A stretch of 64,000 bases of DNA from NCBI GenBank assembly GCA_964658305.1, contig OZ210885.1:4278001-4342000 (forward strand), read 5' to 3'. The notes under the pieces were generated by a model. The model did no database searches and was not told where the DNA came from. It saw only the letters and a program-made list of their open reading frames with translations. Position numbers and translations under genes: made by a program. This document shows, piece after piece, positions 36,701-46,470 of the stretch (position 1 is its first letter; every line of letters begins with the position of its first letter). The stretch is from Leptogorgia sarmentosa. Its lineage: Eukaryota.

Positions 36701-37719
36701 AGAAAAGGGATATCAAATTTTACAACTACACGAAGTATGGCATTTTCCAAAACAGTCCGAAGGGCTGTTTAAGGGGTATGTGGATACCTTCCTAAAAATA
36801 AAACAAGAGGCCAGTGGTTATCCAAAAGACTGTACAACACCGGAACAGAAGCGAGCATATATTGATGAATACTTGGAACACGAGGGGATTGCCTTGGATC
36901 CTGAGAAGATTGCACACAATCCTGGTTTAAGGGCCTTATCTAAACTTATGTTAAATTCATTTTGGGGTAAGTGCACCGCCCACCGCAGAACCCCCACTCT
37001 CTATACTATATTCACTATGATTTTCTATTTTAGGTAAATTTGGTCAGAGGGGAAATTTGGGTAAGACCGAAATGATAACAGAACCACAGAAGTACTTCGA
37101 TCTTTTGACCTCTGATGAGTTTGAAGTGACAAATACCCGTATAGTTAGTGATAACATGGTTGAAGTGCAATACAAAAGCGCTACCGATTTTGAAGAACCA
37201 AACAGCAAGGCAAATGTGGTTGTGGCAGCTTTTACTACAGCGTATGCCCGTTTGAAACTGTACGATTTATTGGACATGCTACAGGAACGTGTGCTTTATT
37301 ACGATACAGACTCGGTTATATACGTGTCAAAGCCTGATGAACCAGATCCCCCCTTGGGAAATTATCTTGGTGATTTGACTGATGAGTTGGATGGCGACCA
37401 TATCACTACGTTTATATCCGGGGGACCTAAGAACTATGCTTACCATACAGCCAATGGGAAGTCGGAGACAAAAGTGAGGGGAATTACCTTAAACCACACC
37501 ACACTGCAAAAGATAAATCCTGATGTTATCCGTTCACTTGTATACTTACATACAGAGTGTAACTCTCAAGCAAAAGTGACAATCGATATTCCGTTTAAAA
37601 TCACAAGGAACAGAAAAGAGAAAAACATAGTAACAAAGAGAATGAAAAAAGACTATCGAATTGTATATGATAAACGTGTTATTATTGACAATTATAGGAC
37701 GCTACCATACGGTTTTTAA
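33743..37719 (+). CDS. polB: Protein-primed family B DNA polymerase with Vsr-like insert; introns 36043-36105 and 36967-37033; probable N-terminal frameshift near 33948
   Basis: Exonuclease motifs FFDYEC, AHNFQGYD and YCRSDV; polymerase motifs YVDFTSLYP, KLMLNSFW|GKFGQ and YYDTDS; FQGCFWHG|CLTC is restored by splicing. Confidence 0.95.
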
Positions 37720-37763
37720 TGTAAATATATACAACATTTTTATTAAACATTGTTAAACAGTAT

Positions 37764-38126
37764 TTATTGTCTCTCTTTTGGTAACATATGACGATACTTA
37801 TCCGGACACTTTCCCCAAAAACCACCATCCTTTAGACTTGAATCCCCATACTTTGCGATTGTTCGTCTTAATTGTTCGCATTCAGGATGAGAGTTGACAC
37901 CCAGAGTGTAATAGTTTTCTTCCCAATGAATTTGCTCTCTCTTTATCATACGATGAAATAGTTGTGGTATGGAGTAAAAACCTTCAAAGAATCTATGTAT
38001 GTCATCATCTCCATTTACATAGTGCGTGTCTCCAGTTGTTTTGTTTGTGATAATAAAGTACATTCCATCACAGAAACACATCTTGTAAATGAGGTGAGTA
38101 AGGCAGCTCTCTCTCTTTATATACAC
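37764..38126 (-). CDS. Polinton hypothetical protein
   Basis: Open frame of about 105-120 aa, convergent with pPolB; no motif recognised. Confidence 0.5.
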   Translation of the reverse strand: MYIKRESCLTHLIYKMCFCDGMYFIITNKTTGDTHYVNGDDDIHRFFEGFYSIPQLFHRMIKREQIHWEENYYTLGVNSHPECEQLRRTIAKYGDSSLKDGGFWGKCPDKYRHMLPKERQ

Positions 38127-38251
38127 AATTTACATGCAGTTATTTTATGTGTGGTTATTTAACCTACACACAATTTACACACGGTTATTTTATGTGTGGT
38201 TAATCTTATATAAGGGTGTGATATTGATTACTTTTTCAGTATGTTTACAGT

Positions 38252-38800
38252 ATGGATGTAATAGTTGACGAGCTACGTAAGAGTGGTGTTGACATTGATA
38301 AAACAACACTATCTTATTTTATCAATAGGGCATATAATGATTATCAAACCGTGTATGAAAAGTTTTTAGATACGGTGTCCTATGAAGATTTATTTGTGGT
38401 ATGGAATCAACTACAACCCCGTTCCTTTGGTCATGTGATGGTTTTTTTGACAGTGGTACATTTACAAAATTTTACGGATCAGCAAAAGCGTGATGTGGTA
38501 CAACTTACAATCCCTGTATTGAAAAACATTGACATATCAAAGTACAAGAGAGAGAGGTCCGTTTTGGATAATTACACAGTGGCACGAAATATTATACACC
38601 GATTTTTACATCGTTATGTGTGTCGTCGCTTGGACCCTGTTTTTTGTCAGTGTTATGTTATTGCTAATGTTATTGGAGGATTAGCAAGACAATGGAGAGT
38701 GTGGGAGATAGCGCAGGGTGCTGTACGTTATTTGTACTATAAAATCCGGGTGCGTTATTTGTTCTATAAAATTCTACACTTTACCGGATTTGAAGTATAA
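38252..38800 (+). CDS. Putative viral Bcl-2-like protein
   Basis: Helical protein with BH1-like SFGHVMVFL. Its syntenic homologue at 58105-58478 reads INFGRAMAYL (compare NWGRIVAF). Confidence 0.5.
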   Translation: MDVIVDELRKSGVDIDKTTLSYFINRAYNDYQTVYEKFLDTVSYEDLFVVWNQLQPRSFGHVMVFLTVVHLQNFTDQQKRDVVQLTIPVLKNIDISKYKRERSVLDNYTVARNIIHRFLHRYVCRRLDPVFCQCYVIANVIGGLARQWRVWEIAQGAVRYLYYKIRVRYLFYKILHFTGFEV

Positions 38801-38814
38801 GACACTATACCGTG

Positions 38815-39435
38815 ATGGACGTAAGGTTTAAGTTACCTGCTAATTTTTACGTCTCGGGACAGAGTCAAAGTGGAAAATCGTTTTTTGTTCGTAAATTACT
38901 ACAACATTTAACATTGTTTAATCCTGTTCCTACAAAGATTATTTATTGCTATGGGGAGTATCAGAAAGAGTTTGCAGAATTGCAAAATGTGGAGTTGATC
39001 GAGGGATTTCCGTCAAATCTGAATGAGTTAACTCAAGGACATGACAATTCTCTTGTGGTATTGGATGATCTTATGGGGGAGTGTTCAAAAGATCATGTTT
39101 CCGACCTATTTACACGTGGATCTCATCATAAAGGCATTTCTGTACTATACCTTACACAGAACCTATTTCCTCTAGGAAAATTATCAAGAACCATTAGCTT
39201 AAATTGTCACTACATTATTGTCTTTAAAAATGCACGCGACTCTTTAGGGATTGCAACATTAGCTAAACAAATGTACCCGAGGCAAACTAACTACTTATTG
39301 GATTCCTTTCATGATGCCACAAAACAACCACATAGTTATTTACTTATTGATTGTCACCCTCAAACTCCTGAGAATTTACGATTACGTACCAACATTCTAC
39401 CTGGAGAAAGACAAATTGTGTATATAAAGAAGTGA
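38815..39435 (+). CDS. A32/FtsK-like genome packaging ATPase
   Basis: Walker A GQSQSGKS, Walker B VVLDD, FTRGSHH, LTQNLF and RTISLN. Confidence 0.93.
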   Translation: MDVRFKLPANFYVSGQSQSGKSFFVRKLLQHLTLFNPVPTKIIYCYGEYQKEFAELQNVELIEGFPSNLNELTQGHDNSLVVLDDLMGECSKDHVSDLFTRGSHHKGISVLYLTQNLFPLGKLSRTISLNCHYIIVFKNARDSLGIATLAKQMYPRQTNYLLDSFHDATKQPHSYLLIDCHPQTPENLRLRTNILPGERQIVYIKK

Positions 39436-39478
39436 AAACAAAGCTTGTATTCATTTGTGTAATGTGTTACGTACAATA

Positions 39479-40156
39479 ATGATATCAAGAAACATCACTG
39501 TATTTGTTACCGGTGGTACAAAAAAATTGACATTAAATGAACCTTTTTTAACACGAAATGATACAACAATACAGTTAAAACAGGCTACTGTTTTTTGGAA
39601 ATTCAAAAATGTTACATCTGCAAATAACAAATTTACAATTGATGGTGTGGAAAAAGAGATCGGTGTGGGATATTGGGATTTTGAACTTATTAAGGAGCGA
39701 TTAAAAGAGAGTAAAATTAATCTTACTGCTGTCATACCCAATAACACGTGCGACATTGAAAATAAAAACGGTAAAACCCTAAACTTAAAAAATCTTGGTC
39801 AACTAATTGGGTTTCCTGCTAACGAGAACATACCCCATGACACAGTCTTAAGATCACCAAATGCTGTTGACGTCAATCGTGGATTAAAATACCTAACAGT
39901 TACATGTGATCTTGCAAACCCGGAACGAAATGTTGACACGAATGGAAACACAAGTACAAACATTGCTTATCTACCCATCCCACCTGGTACACGTCTAAAT
40001 TCCTCTGTTTCCAGTTTTAACGAAAACCATCCAGTAGTTTCGCTTAAGGAAGACATTGTTACCGAAATGACATTTACCGTAACTCCAAACATTTCAAATG
40101 TTTCTGTGGATGTTGATGTGCTTCTTAATCTTGTTGTGAGTGGTATACATATGTAG
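39479..40156 (+). CDS. Putative minor capsid (penton-like) protein
   Basis: 225 aa, beta-rich; LGQLIGF...VDVNRGLKYLTVTCDL...IAYLPI resembles the LGF...D...l.v.cDiv pattern of Polinton pentons. Confidence 0.55.
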   Translation: MISRNITVFVTGGTKKLTLNEPFLTRNDTTIQLKQATVFWKFKNVTSANNKFTIDGVEKEIGVGYWDFELIKERLKESKINLTAVIPNNTCDIENKNGKTLNLKNLGQLIGFPANENIPHDTVLRSPNAVDVNRGLKYLTVTCDLANPERNVDTNGNTSTNIAYLPIPPGTRLNSSVSSFNENHPVVSLKEDIVTEMTFTVTPNISNVSVDVDVLLNLVVSGIHM

Positions 40157-40186
40157 TGCACGTAGCATATGTTACTCATTTATAGG

Positions 40187-40522
40187 ATGTCTTCGTATGT
40201 GAAAAGAACCCTACCGCTCCTTCAGACATTAGCAACATCAAAACCTGCACTGCGTAACGCCATCCTCCAGCACGCACCAAAGGATTTGATTAAAGCTATT
40301 TCTGAAATTATTTTAAACGTGCTTAAAGGGGCTATAAAAATATCCCCAAAACAAAAAAAGCGTCTAGCTCGTTACAAAAATCAACTACGCAGCCTTGCAA
40401 GTAACAGAGTAGCAGAGAAAGCAAAGAGAAGGTTTCTCACTCAAAAAGGTAGTGGGGGAGGTGCTGTCTTAGCGTCAGTACTTGTACCTTTAGCTATTGC
40501 AGCAATTACTGGTCGGGGATGA
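40187..40522 (+). CDS. Conserved small basic Polinton core protein (PW-like)
   Basis: AISEIILNVLKGAIKISPKQKKRLARYK...QKGSGG followed by a hydrophobic tail; a homologue lies at about 57070-57387. Confidence 0.8.
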   Translation: MSSYVKRTLPLLQTLATSKPALRNAILQHAPKDLIKAISEIILNVLKGAIKISPKQKKRLARYKNQLRSLASNRVAEKAKRRFLTQKGSGGGAVLASVLVPLAIAAITGRG

Positions 40523-41268
40523 AGCGTATGGTTTTGATTCCTGAAGAGAAACTTATTCAATATGAGCAACAAAAAGGGGGTGGAACACACCCGTATATAG
40601 ATATTACACCCTACACACCCTACACACCCTACACACCCAATACTGGACAGTATGGTTATGGGAAAAAAGAGGAGGAAAGGGAGTTATCAAATGATATTAT
40701 TGTTCGTGGAATTCCAAAGACTATGAAAAACAGAGCTACCGCCCTCTTAGAGCACCTAAAAACAAAACCTGATGCTATGGGACAAGTTACTATAAATGGA
40801 ACCCTCATACAAAAATCAAACATTTCGGATTTAGTTTCCAATGCTATGAGATCACGTAAAAACTTTAACCCTACAGGTTCAGAAGAGTTTTTTAGTGTGT
40901 TAAGTGACTTAAACGTGCCAAGAGATCTTGTAAGAAACGAGGGAAGCATGAATAATCGTAAACCAAAGCGAAAAGTCAACCAAAAGGGAGGAATTATAAG
41001 ATGGATGGATGATATGGCTGCAGGGATTGCCAAACTAGGGAAACCGGTTGTATACAAAGCAGCAGATTGGATGACAAAAAAGGAACTGGGTGAAGAAGGG
41101 TACAAAAAGTATAAAGCAAAAAGAGCGAAAAGAGAGAGAGCGAAAAGAGAGAAAGCAAGAAAAGCGAGAATAGCAAGAAGAGCAAGAATAGCGAGAGCAA
41201 AAAAACAAAAGGGTCGGGGAAAACAACAAGGGGAAAAAACACCTAAATGGGAGTGTTATAAAGGATAA
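40519..41268 (+). CDS. Conserved Polinton protein with Arg/Lys-rich C-terminus
   Basis: MKRMVLIP start (ATGA overlap), GQVTINGTLIQKSNISDLVS motif, homologue at 56631-57049, several QKGG motifs. Confidence 0.75.
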   Translation: MKRMVLIPEEKLIQYEQQKGGGTHPYIDITPYTPYTPYTPNTGQYGYGKKEEERELSNDIIVRGIPKTMKNRATALLEHLKTKPDAMGQVTINGTLIQKSNISDLVSNAMRSRKNFNPTGSEEFFSVLSDLNVPRDLVRNEGSMNNRKPKRKVNQKGGIIRWMDDMAAGIAKLGKPVVYKAADWMTKKELGEEGYKKYKAKRAKRERAKREKARKARIARRARIARAKKQKGRGKQQGEKTPKWECYKG

Positions 41269-41344
41269 CTTTTTTTTGTAAATAATTATTGTTGTTGTTG
41301 AAAAATGAATAAAACATTATTTGGAAAGTTGAATTTTTTATTTA

Positions 41345-41842
41345 AAGTAATCTTTTACAACATTGACTAAGTCCACAAATGGATTTGCTAGTAATATCAA
41401 AGTGTTTTTTAACATAACATTACGATCGTTAAACAAGGCATTATTTCCAAACATATTTACAATCTCACTCATATTACGTCCACAAGCTCTCTGATATAAG
41501 TAAAAAACACAATAGTGACCGCACACTTCAGTCCATGAACTTTGTAATTTTTTTTCGTGTATTATATTTCCATTCAACAGAATTAAAATAAGTTTTAAAA
41601 GATTTGTTATAATGTTCCGGGGGTTGTCCATAACTATCAAAAAATTCTCCAGTGTTGCGTGTGGGAAAGTAAAACACCACCCAATGTGTTCCAGGTTTTG
41701 TAGAGGGATCTGTATTAGCTACAAACCCACAAGGGAATGTGCTTAAGGATTTTGGTAACTGGTCGGCGGGAAACACACCACAAAATGTCTTTGATGTTTT
41801 TGAATTATGTTCCAAGGCACGTTCTATTTGTCGAGTATTCAT
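41345..41842 (-). pseudogene. Adenain-like cysteine protease, frameshifted
   Basis: NTDPSTKPGTHWVV, FFDSYG, then LQSSWTEVCGHYC in another frame. The shift falls in the A8 run at 41548-41555; a second probable shift lies near 41415. Confidence 0.9.
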
Positions 41843-43227
41843 GACGACATGTCATACATTACATTTCTGTCACCATCAATCTGTATAATATTTTCAAAAT
41901 CTCCGTAACACACAAGAGCAAGAGCTTCTGTTGGTGCTGTGGCAAATGTTATGTCAACTGTCAATGCACCGTGCTGTACAGCATTAAAATAGGGAGAAGA
42001 ACCACACATGTCGGGAGTTAAGTCAAAAGCATAGATGGTGTAACCTCTAGGATAATCTTCACGGGAAATATCAAGTCCTGTATTGTAATTCATTTTCCCT
42101 GTACCAGAGAACAAAGTACCATATGCCTGCATAAAATGCTCTTTATTATTTGTGTAATTCAAATTGAATTGTTTGAAAGGTAACTCCTCCCCATTTACTG
42201 TAAGTGTCACAGATGTTACACCATAATTTTTGAAATTAAATGGATTTGTTCCATAAGTTCCATTGAAAGCTGTGGCATCCACAAGACCAAAAACAAATGT
42301 TTTTGGTATTGTTCCTGTAAAAATGTTATCCTTCCTTATAGATGGAACATTTCCAGGTACAACAAATGATTTACACTCAACACGGCGTGTGGGGTAGATA
42401 GCAGGCATTCTTTTTAGTGCGGTTGTATGGGCTGCCTGAACAGCTTGACTCACACGAACTTTACGAACTTTAAGAATAACATCGGTCAACTTCACTTTGG
42501 CATTAATGGGGGTTGTGTTTTTATCTGTAAGACAAAATTGATCAGGGCTTCGGTTGAGAATCAATTTAACATTCACCCGATCCAACAAGAGACGATCGCT
42601 CATAAACGCATCAACAAAAACGGGTCCCTCCATTGTGAGAAGCTTTCCGTCACGTACAAGCTGATGTCTTTTAGCAAAACCTTGATTTCCGCTTCCTGGT
42701 GTCATAACTTTATGATCAGTACCCGATATGGTTAATGTTTTTTCTCCCGGAAGGCTTCCTGTATCATCCATTTTTCCCGGTGTGTCTTTGTAGTATAATG
42801 CAGACGTAAGCTGTGATTGTTTGGCGGTAACATCATAATTCAACAATGTTTCCAAATAGGCACGGTAAGGGTATGTTCCTATGGCAGGTGTTACTTGCTT
42901 TCCATTCATGTACACATCAACTTGTTTAAACATTGTGTGTAAAAAGTTGTTGACTGGGGCAATGTTTGATTGTGCTGCTCCATCCAAATCCGAGCCGTCA
43001 GCCTTTACCACTTTTCCCTCAACAACCAAAATTGTTTTAGATAAGTCAATATAGTCATCATCGCCCGTAACCAGAAATGTAATAGGACCGTCATCATTCT
43101 CAACACTTGAAAGGGGGTGGTACTCAATCCAACGACCTTTCTCCAAACTTGCTTGTGTAGGTGGAATGTTAAATAATTCAACCTCTGTTTTACCACAGCG
43201 TTTTGAGTTTTTGTGTACGTAATTCAT
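41839..43227 (-). CDS. Major capsid protein (double jelly-roll, PY)
   Basis: 462-aa intact frame: ELFNIPPTQ, NNFLHTMFKQVDVYMN, YPYRAYLETLLNY, NPFNF and YAFDLTPD. Confidence 0.95.
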   Translation of the reverse strand: MNYVHKNSKRCGKTEVELFNIPPTQASLEKGRWIEYHPLSSVENDDGPITFLVTGDDDYIDLSKTILVVEGKVVKADGSDLDGAAQSNIAPVNNFLHTMFKQVDVYMNGKQVTPAIGTYPYRAYLETLLNYDVTAKQSQLTSALYYKDTPGKMDDTGSLPGEKTLTISGTDHKVMTPGSGNQGFAKRHQLVRDGKLLTMEGPVFVDAFMSDRLLLDRVNVKLILNRSPDQFCLTDKNTTPINAKVKLTDVILKVRKVRVSQAVQAAHTTALKRMPAIYPTRRVECKSFVVPGNVPSIRKDNIFTGTIPKTFVFGLVDATAFNGTYGTNPFNFKNYGVTSVTLTVNGEELPFKQFNLNYTNNKEHFMQAYGTLFSGTGKMNYNTGLDISREDYPRGYTIYAFDLTPDMCGSSPYFNAVQHGALTVDITFATAPTEALALVCYGDFENIIQIDGDRNVMYDMSS

Positions 43228-43285
43228 TTTTGAGGACCTCCTCACTGATTCAATGTTAAACTAAATGTGAATACTCTTTCTTTAT

Positions 43286-43786
43286 TTAACCAAATATATC
43301 CTTTGCGGGTAAAGACTTTCTCTGTTTTGATCTCGGAAACACACCTTTACCATTTCTACGAACACCTTTTCTCTTTTTCCCACCCATTTGAAACATGGGG
43401 TCCAAATCACTCCAACTAGGTTCCCTCGCCTTACGTCCTTCGATAAAAAACCCACCCCCTTTTTGAGACTTTTTTGTTTTCTTTTTTGGTTTTTTCTTCT
43501 CTACCTTTGCACGTTTTGCTGGTTTGTCTTTCTCTTTTATAGCCTTTATAGTTCTTTTTCCCGCAAGATCTACTGATTGTATTGCAGCCTGTTTCCCACT
43601 TTCACGCGCTGCATTCTTCACGGATTTACCGTCAATTACACCAGCAACCATATTTTTTAACAACTCTCCACCCACTTCAACTCCAATCTTTCCTATTTCC
43701 CCCAAAACAGGTTTAAGTACATTTCCCACAGCTGAGACATTTTTACCACGAAATATACCCCCAACACCATATCCTGTTTGTGTCAT
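43286..43786 (-). CDS. Basic core/membrane-active Polinton protein
   Basis: QTGYGVGGIF, an amphipathic helix, a Lys-rich tail and a DIFG C-terminus; usual position upstream of MCP. Confidence 0.75.
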   Translation of the reverse strand: MTQTGYGVGGIFRGKNVSAVGNVLKPVLGEIGKIGVEVGGELLKNMVAGVIDGKSVKNAARESGKQAAIQSVDLAGKRTIKAIKEKDKPAKRAKVEKKKPKKKTKKSQKGGGFFIEGRKAREPSWSDLDPMFQMGGKKRKGVRRNGKGVFPRSKQRKSLPAKDIFG

Positions 43787-43788
43787 TT

Positions 43789-43911
43789 TTAAAAGTAACT
43801 TTTTTGTCGAAAGTGTAGTGTTATCGATGTATGTCCGTGCTCAAATGAAATACGTTCGTTTGTGCTACTCCTTAAAAGAACCTTCACCTCTTCAATAACA
43901 TAACATGACAT
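43789..43911 (-). pseudogene. Collapsed canonical minor capsid (penton, PX) gene, 40 codons
   Basis: MSCYV fused to IEEVKVLLRSSTNERISFEHGHTSITLHFRQKSYF*. These resemble the first and last motifs of a Polinton penton, located directly after the integrase. Confidence 0.65.
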
Positions 43912-43933
43912 AAATACACACACAATTTGCTTT

Positions 43934-45010
43934 TTAAATATTTTTTAATTGAGATGCAGGTATCCATGAATTAAATTTCGCTGGATATCCCAACCATTTT
44001 ACAAAGTATTGCTCATTTTTACCTCTACCTTTCTTTTCTAAAATCTCCTCTACCTCATACACATCATCCTCCTTAATAACTTTTTGTAACTCCTCATTGT
44101 AAAATGTACCATCAAGCTCTTCATGATCATAGTCTTTTAGTTTATACACAGGTGGATGTCGAGGTATTTGTTTACTCACAGTAAAAATTTCTTTTGAAAA
44201 GTTGGGGAGGTATCCCTTTTCAAATTTACGCTTCATTTTACTTATACGTACTTGATCACCTATAGAGAACTTATACTTTACCCTTTTCTTACGTGCTGGG
44301 TGATCACCGTATAGAGTGTGCCACACCTCCTGTTCATTTTGTACTGTAACATTCACAGGTTTTTTCTTAATACTACGATGTTTACTATGATTATAGGAGT
44401 ATGCTAATTTTTCCAACATATCAATATATCTACGTGTTTTCTTAGCTGTAAAAAAGCGCCACATTTTTGTTTTTAATGTACGAATAAGGCGCTCAACAAC
44501 CGATGCTTTTGTTTCATTATAAGTGTTATAAAGTTGAATGTCCTCCTTTTTCATTAGTGCTTTAAAGGGTTTATTGAAAAACTCTGTTCCCTGATCTGTT
44601 TGAATTTTTTGTGGTTTTCGTCCTGACTCCAAAATCACTTTAAAAGCCTCTACCAATGCAGCTCCTGTTTTAGTTTTTAGGGGTATAATCCACGCATATT
44701 TTGAAAACACATCAATGCATACAAGTAAATATCGGTATCCGTCATTTTCACCAGACAAAGGCTGCATATCGGCTAAATCCATTTGCCATAACTCGTCAAT
44801 ACCACCAACAATAACACGATTTCGTTTAAATCTACGACGTGCTGGTTTATGTAGTGTATAAGTATCTTGACTCATTAACCACTTTTTAATTTTACCGCGC
44901 GATATATCAAACTTCCCATCTTTCTTTACGTCATTGTATAAACGTTCCACCCCACCAAATCCCCCTGATCGTTTTGGGTTATAGTAAACACTAGATAAGT
45001 ATTCTTCCAT
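43934..45010 (-). CDS. int: Retroviral-like DDE integrase with C-terminal chromodomain
   Basis: WQMDLAD, QTDQGTEF and VVERLIRT; chromodomain YEVEEIL...YFVKWLGYPAKFNSWIP; intact. Confidence 0.97.
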   Translation of the reverse strand: MEEYLSSVYYNPKRSGGFGGVERLYNDVKKDGKFDISRGKIKKWLMSQDTYTLHKPARRRFKRNRVIVGGIDELWQMDLADMQPLSGENDGYRYLLVCIDVFSKYAWIIPLKTKTGAALVEAFKVILESGRKPQKIQTDQGTEFFNKPFKALMKKEDIQLYNTYNETKASVVERLIRTLKTKMWRFFTAKKTRRYIDMLEKLAYSYNHSKHRSIKKKPVNVTVQNEQEVWHTLYGDHPARKKRVKYKFSIGDQVRISKMKRKFEKGYLPNFSKEIFTVSKQIPRHPPVYKLKDYDHEELDGTFYNEELQKVIKEDDVYEVEEILEKKGRGKNEQYFVKWLGYPAKFNSWIPASQLKNI

Positions 45011-45041
45011 CCCCTTTTTAAAAGTGAGGGGGTATAGAATG

Positions 45042-45260
45042 TTAGTCCTCTTTTATGGTAAAGGGCTCCCCCTCCTCCTCAATTGTTGGTAACTTGGCAA
45101 CAGGTAAATACTTTTTTCTTGTTTTCCCATGATACTCAGTCTTAAGACAACCCTCAATATTTGTATCCCCACGACGCATAGTCACACCCAATTTACACAT
45201 TTGTTTTTTATCAATATCTTTATTTATACGCTTTTTTCTTTTACTATTAGCGCTACCCAT
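45042..45260 (-). CDS. Small basic protein with N-myristoylation-like start
   Basis: Begins MGSANSKRKKR (MGxxxS plus a basic patch). Confidence 0.5.
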   Translation of the reverse strand: MGSANSKRKKRINKDIDKKQMCKLGVTMRRGDTNIEGCLKTEYHGKTRKKYLPVAKLPTIEEEGEPFTIKED

Positions 45261-45310
45261 GTTTACGCTGTAAATAATTGTTATCATCTAAATGTAACTT
45301 TACATGCTTT

Positions 45311-46366
45311 TCACTTAAGTATTATCGTTCCAACGTAAGAACCAAGAAAATCTTGAAAGTCCATAATGTATCCATTTGTGTGTAATGCATTCCATATCTT
45401 CTCAACAATGGGTCTCTCTGTAATTATACCATATTTCTCAATCTCCTTTTTCATTACACTCATCTCAAACTCTGATAACTGTGCGCATAGTTTTGTGTAA
45501 AAATCCGAAGTTAAAAGATTAATGCGTCTTAAAGTGCGACCATAAAAAATATCGCGAAAGTCTAACTCAGTGTACAACATGTTTACCATATGAATATCGA
45601 GAAACAACTAAGATAGTTTATTCAGCTTTTACGGTTTTATTTGGAGGTCCAGAACCGCGCGGTCGTCCGCCTTTCACAACTTTATCACACCATGTGTCAT
45701 AATATTGATTGGTAAATCCATGTTTAAAGCAGGCATACCATATCCTCTCAATAATTCTTTTGTCTACGAACTCCATATAAATACCCCAGGCATTATCGGC
45801 CTCAAACTCACACAACTCTCTATTGGTTATGATGTCATTTTTACACAAATACTCAATAGGAATGCTTCCAAAAACTTTCTTAATATAGTCTGCCTGAGGT
45901 ATCTCAACGCGCATCACAATCTCTTCGTTCACGTAAAAATCCAGAATCGTCATTGTTGCTGCAATAAGGTAGAAATGATTTTTGTAATAAAGTTGCTTTG
46001 CTTTATATCAAAATTATTGTGGTTATTATATATGCAGTTTTAAAACTGGTAGTTAATTTACATGTTGTTATTTTATATGAGGTTTTAATACCTACGGTTA
46101 TACAGTTAATAGTGAACCACAAGTGTGTCAGGCCAAACACTAAAGGGTTGTCGAATGTATCCACATCTAAAACAACTATCCCAAATTCTTTTAACCATTA
46201 TTTTGTCCACATATATCGCATCCTCTGTCTCCTCATCGTAAATACAGTTCTCATCTAGCTCCTCATTTGGAATATTTTCACAAACTACGTTAGCAAAATT
46301 CACTCCACACATGTTGATACTTAATAAAATCTCCCCCTCTAGATAGAAGTCCAAATCAATTGTCAT
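45311..46366 (-). CDS. Three tandem small paralogous ORFs (45311-45607, 45618-45953, 46106-46366)
   Basis: Shared N-terminal LD[FI] and C-terminal VDKRIIERIWYACFKHGF / VDKIMVKRIWDSCFRCGY / TERPIVEKIWNALHTNGY. Confidence 0.7.
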
Positions 46367-46470
46367 CTTGACAGCTTATAGTAAAATGAATAGCTGTGCT
46401 AAATACAGACCCATATATATCATAAAACCCCTGTTTTTGTAACACTCTCTTTATTTACATTCCATACGTA

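Noticed and set aside
36050..37057. pPolB as a fragmented pseudogene
   Set aside because: Both breaks are explained by canonical GT-AG introns that restore conserved motifs.
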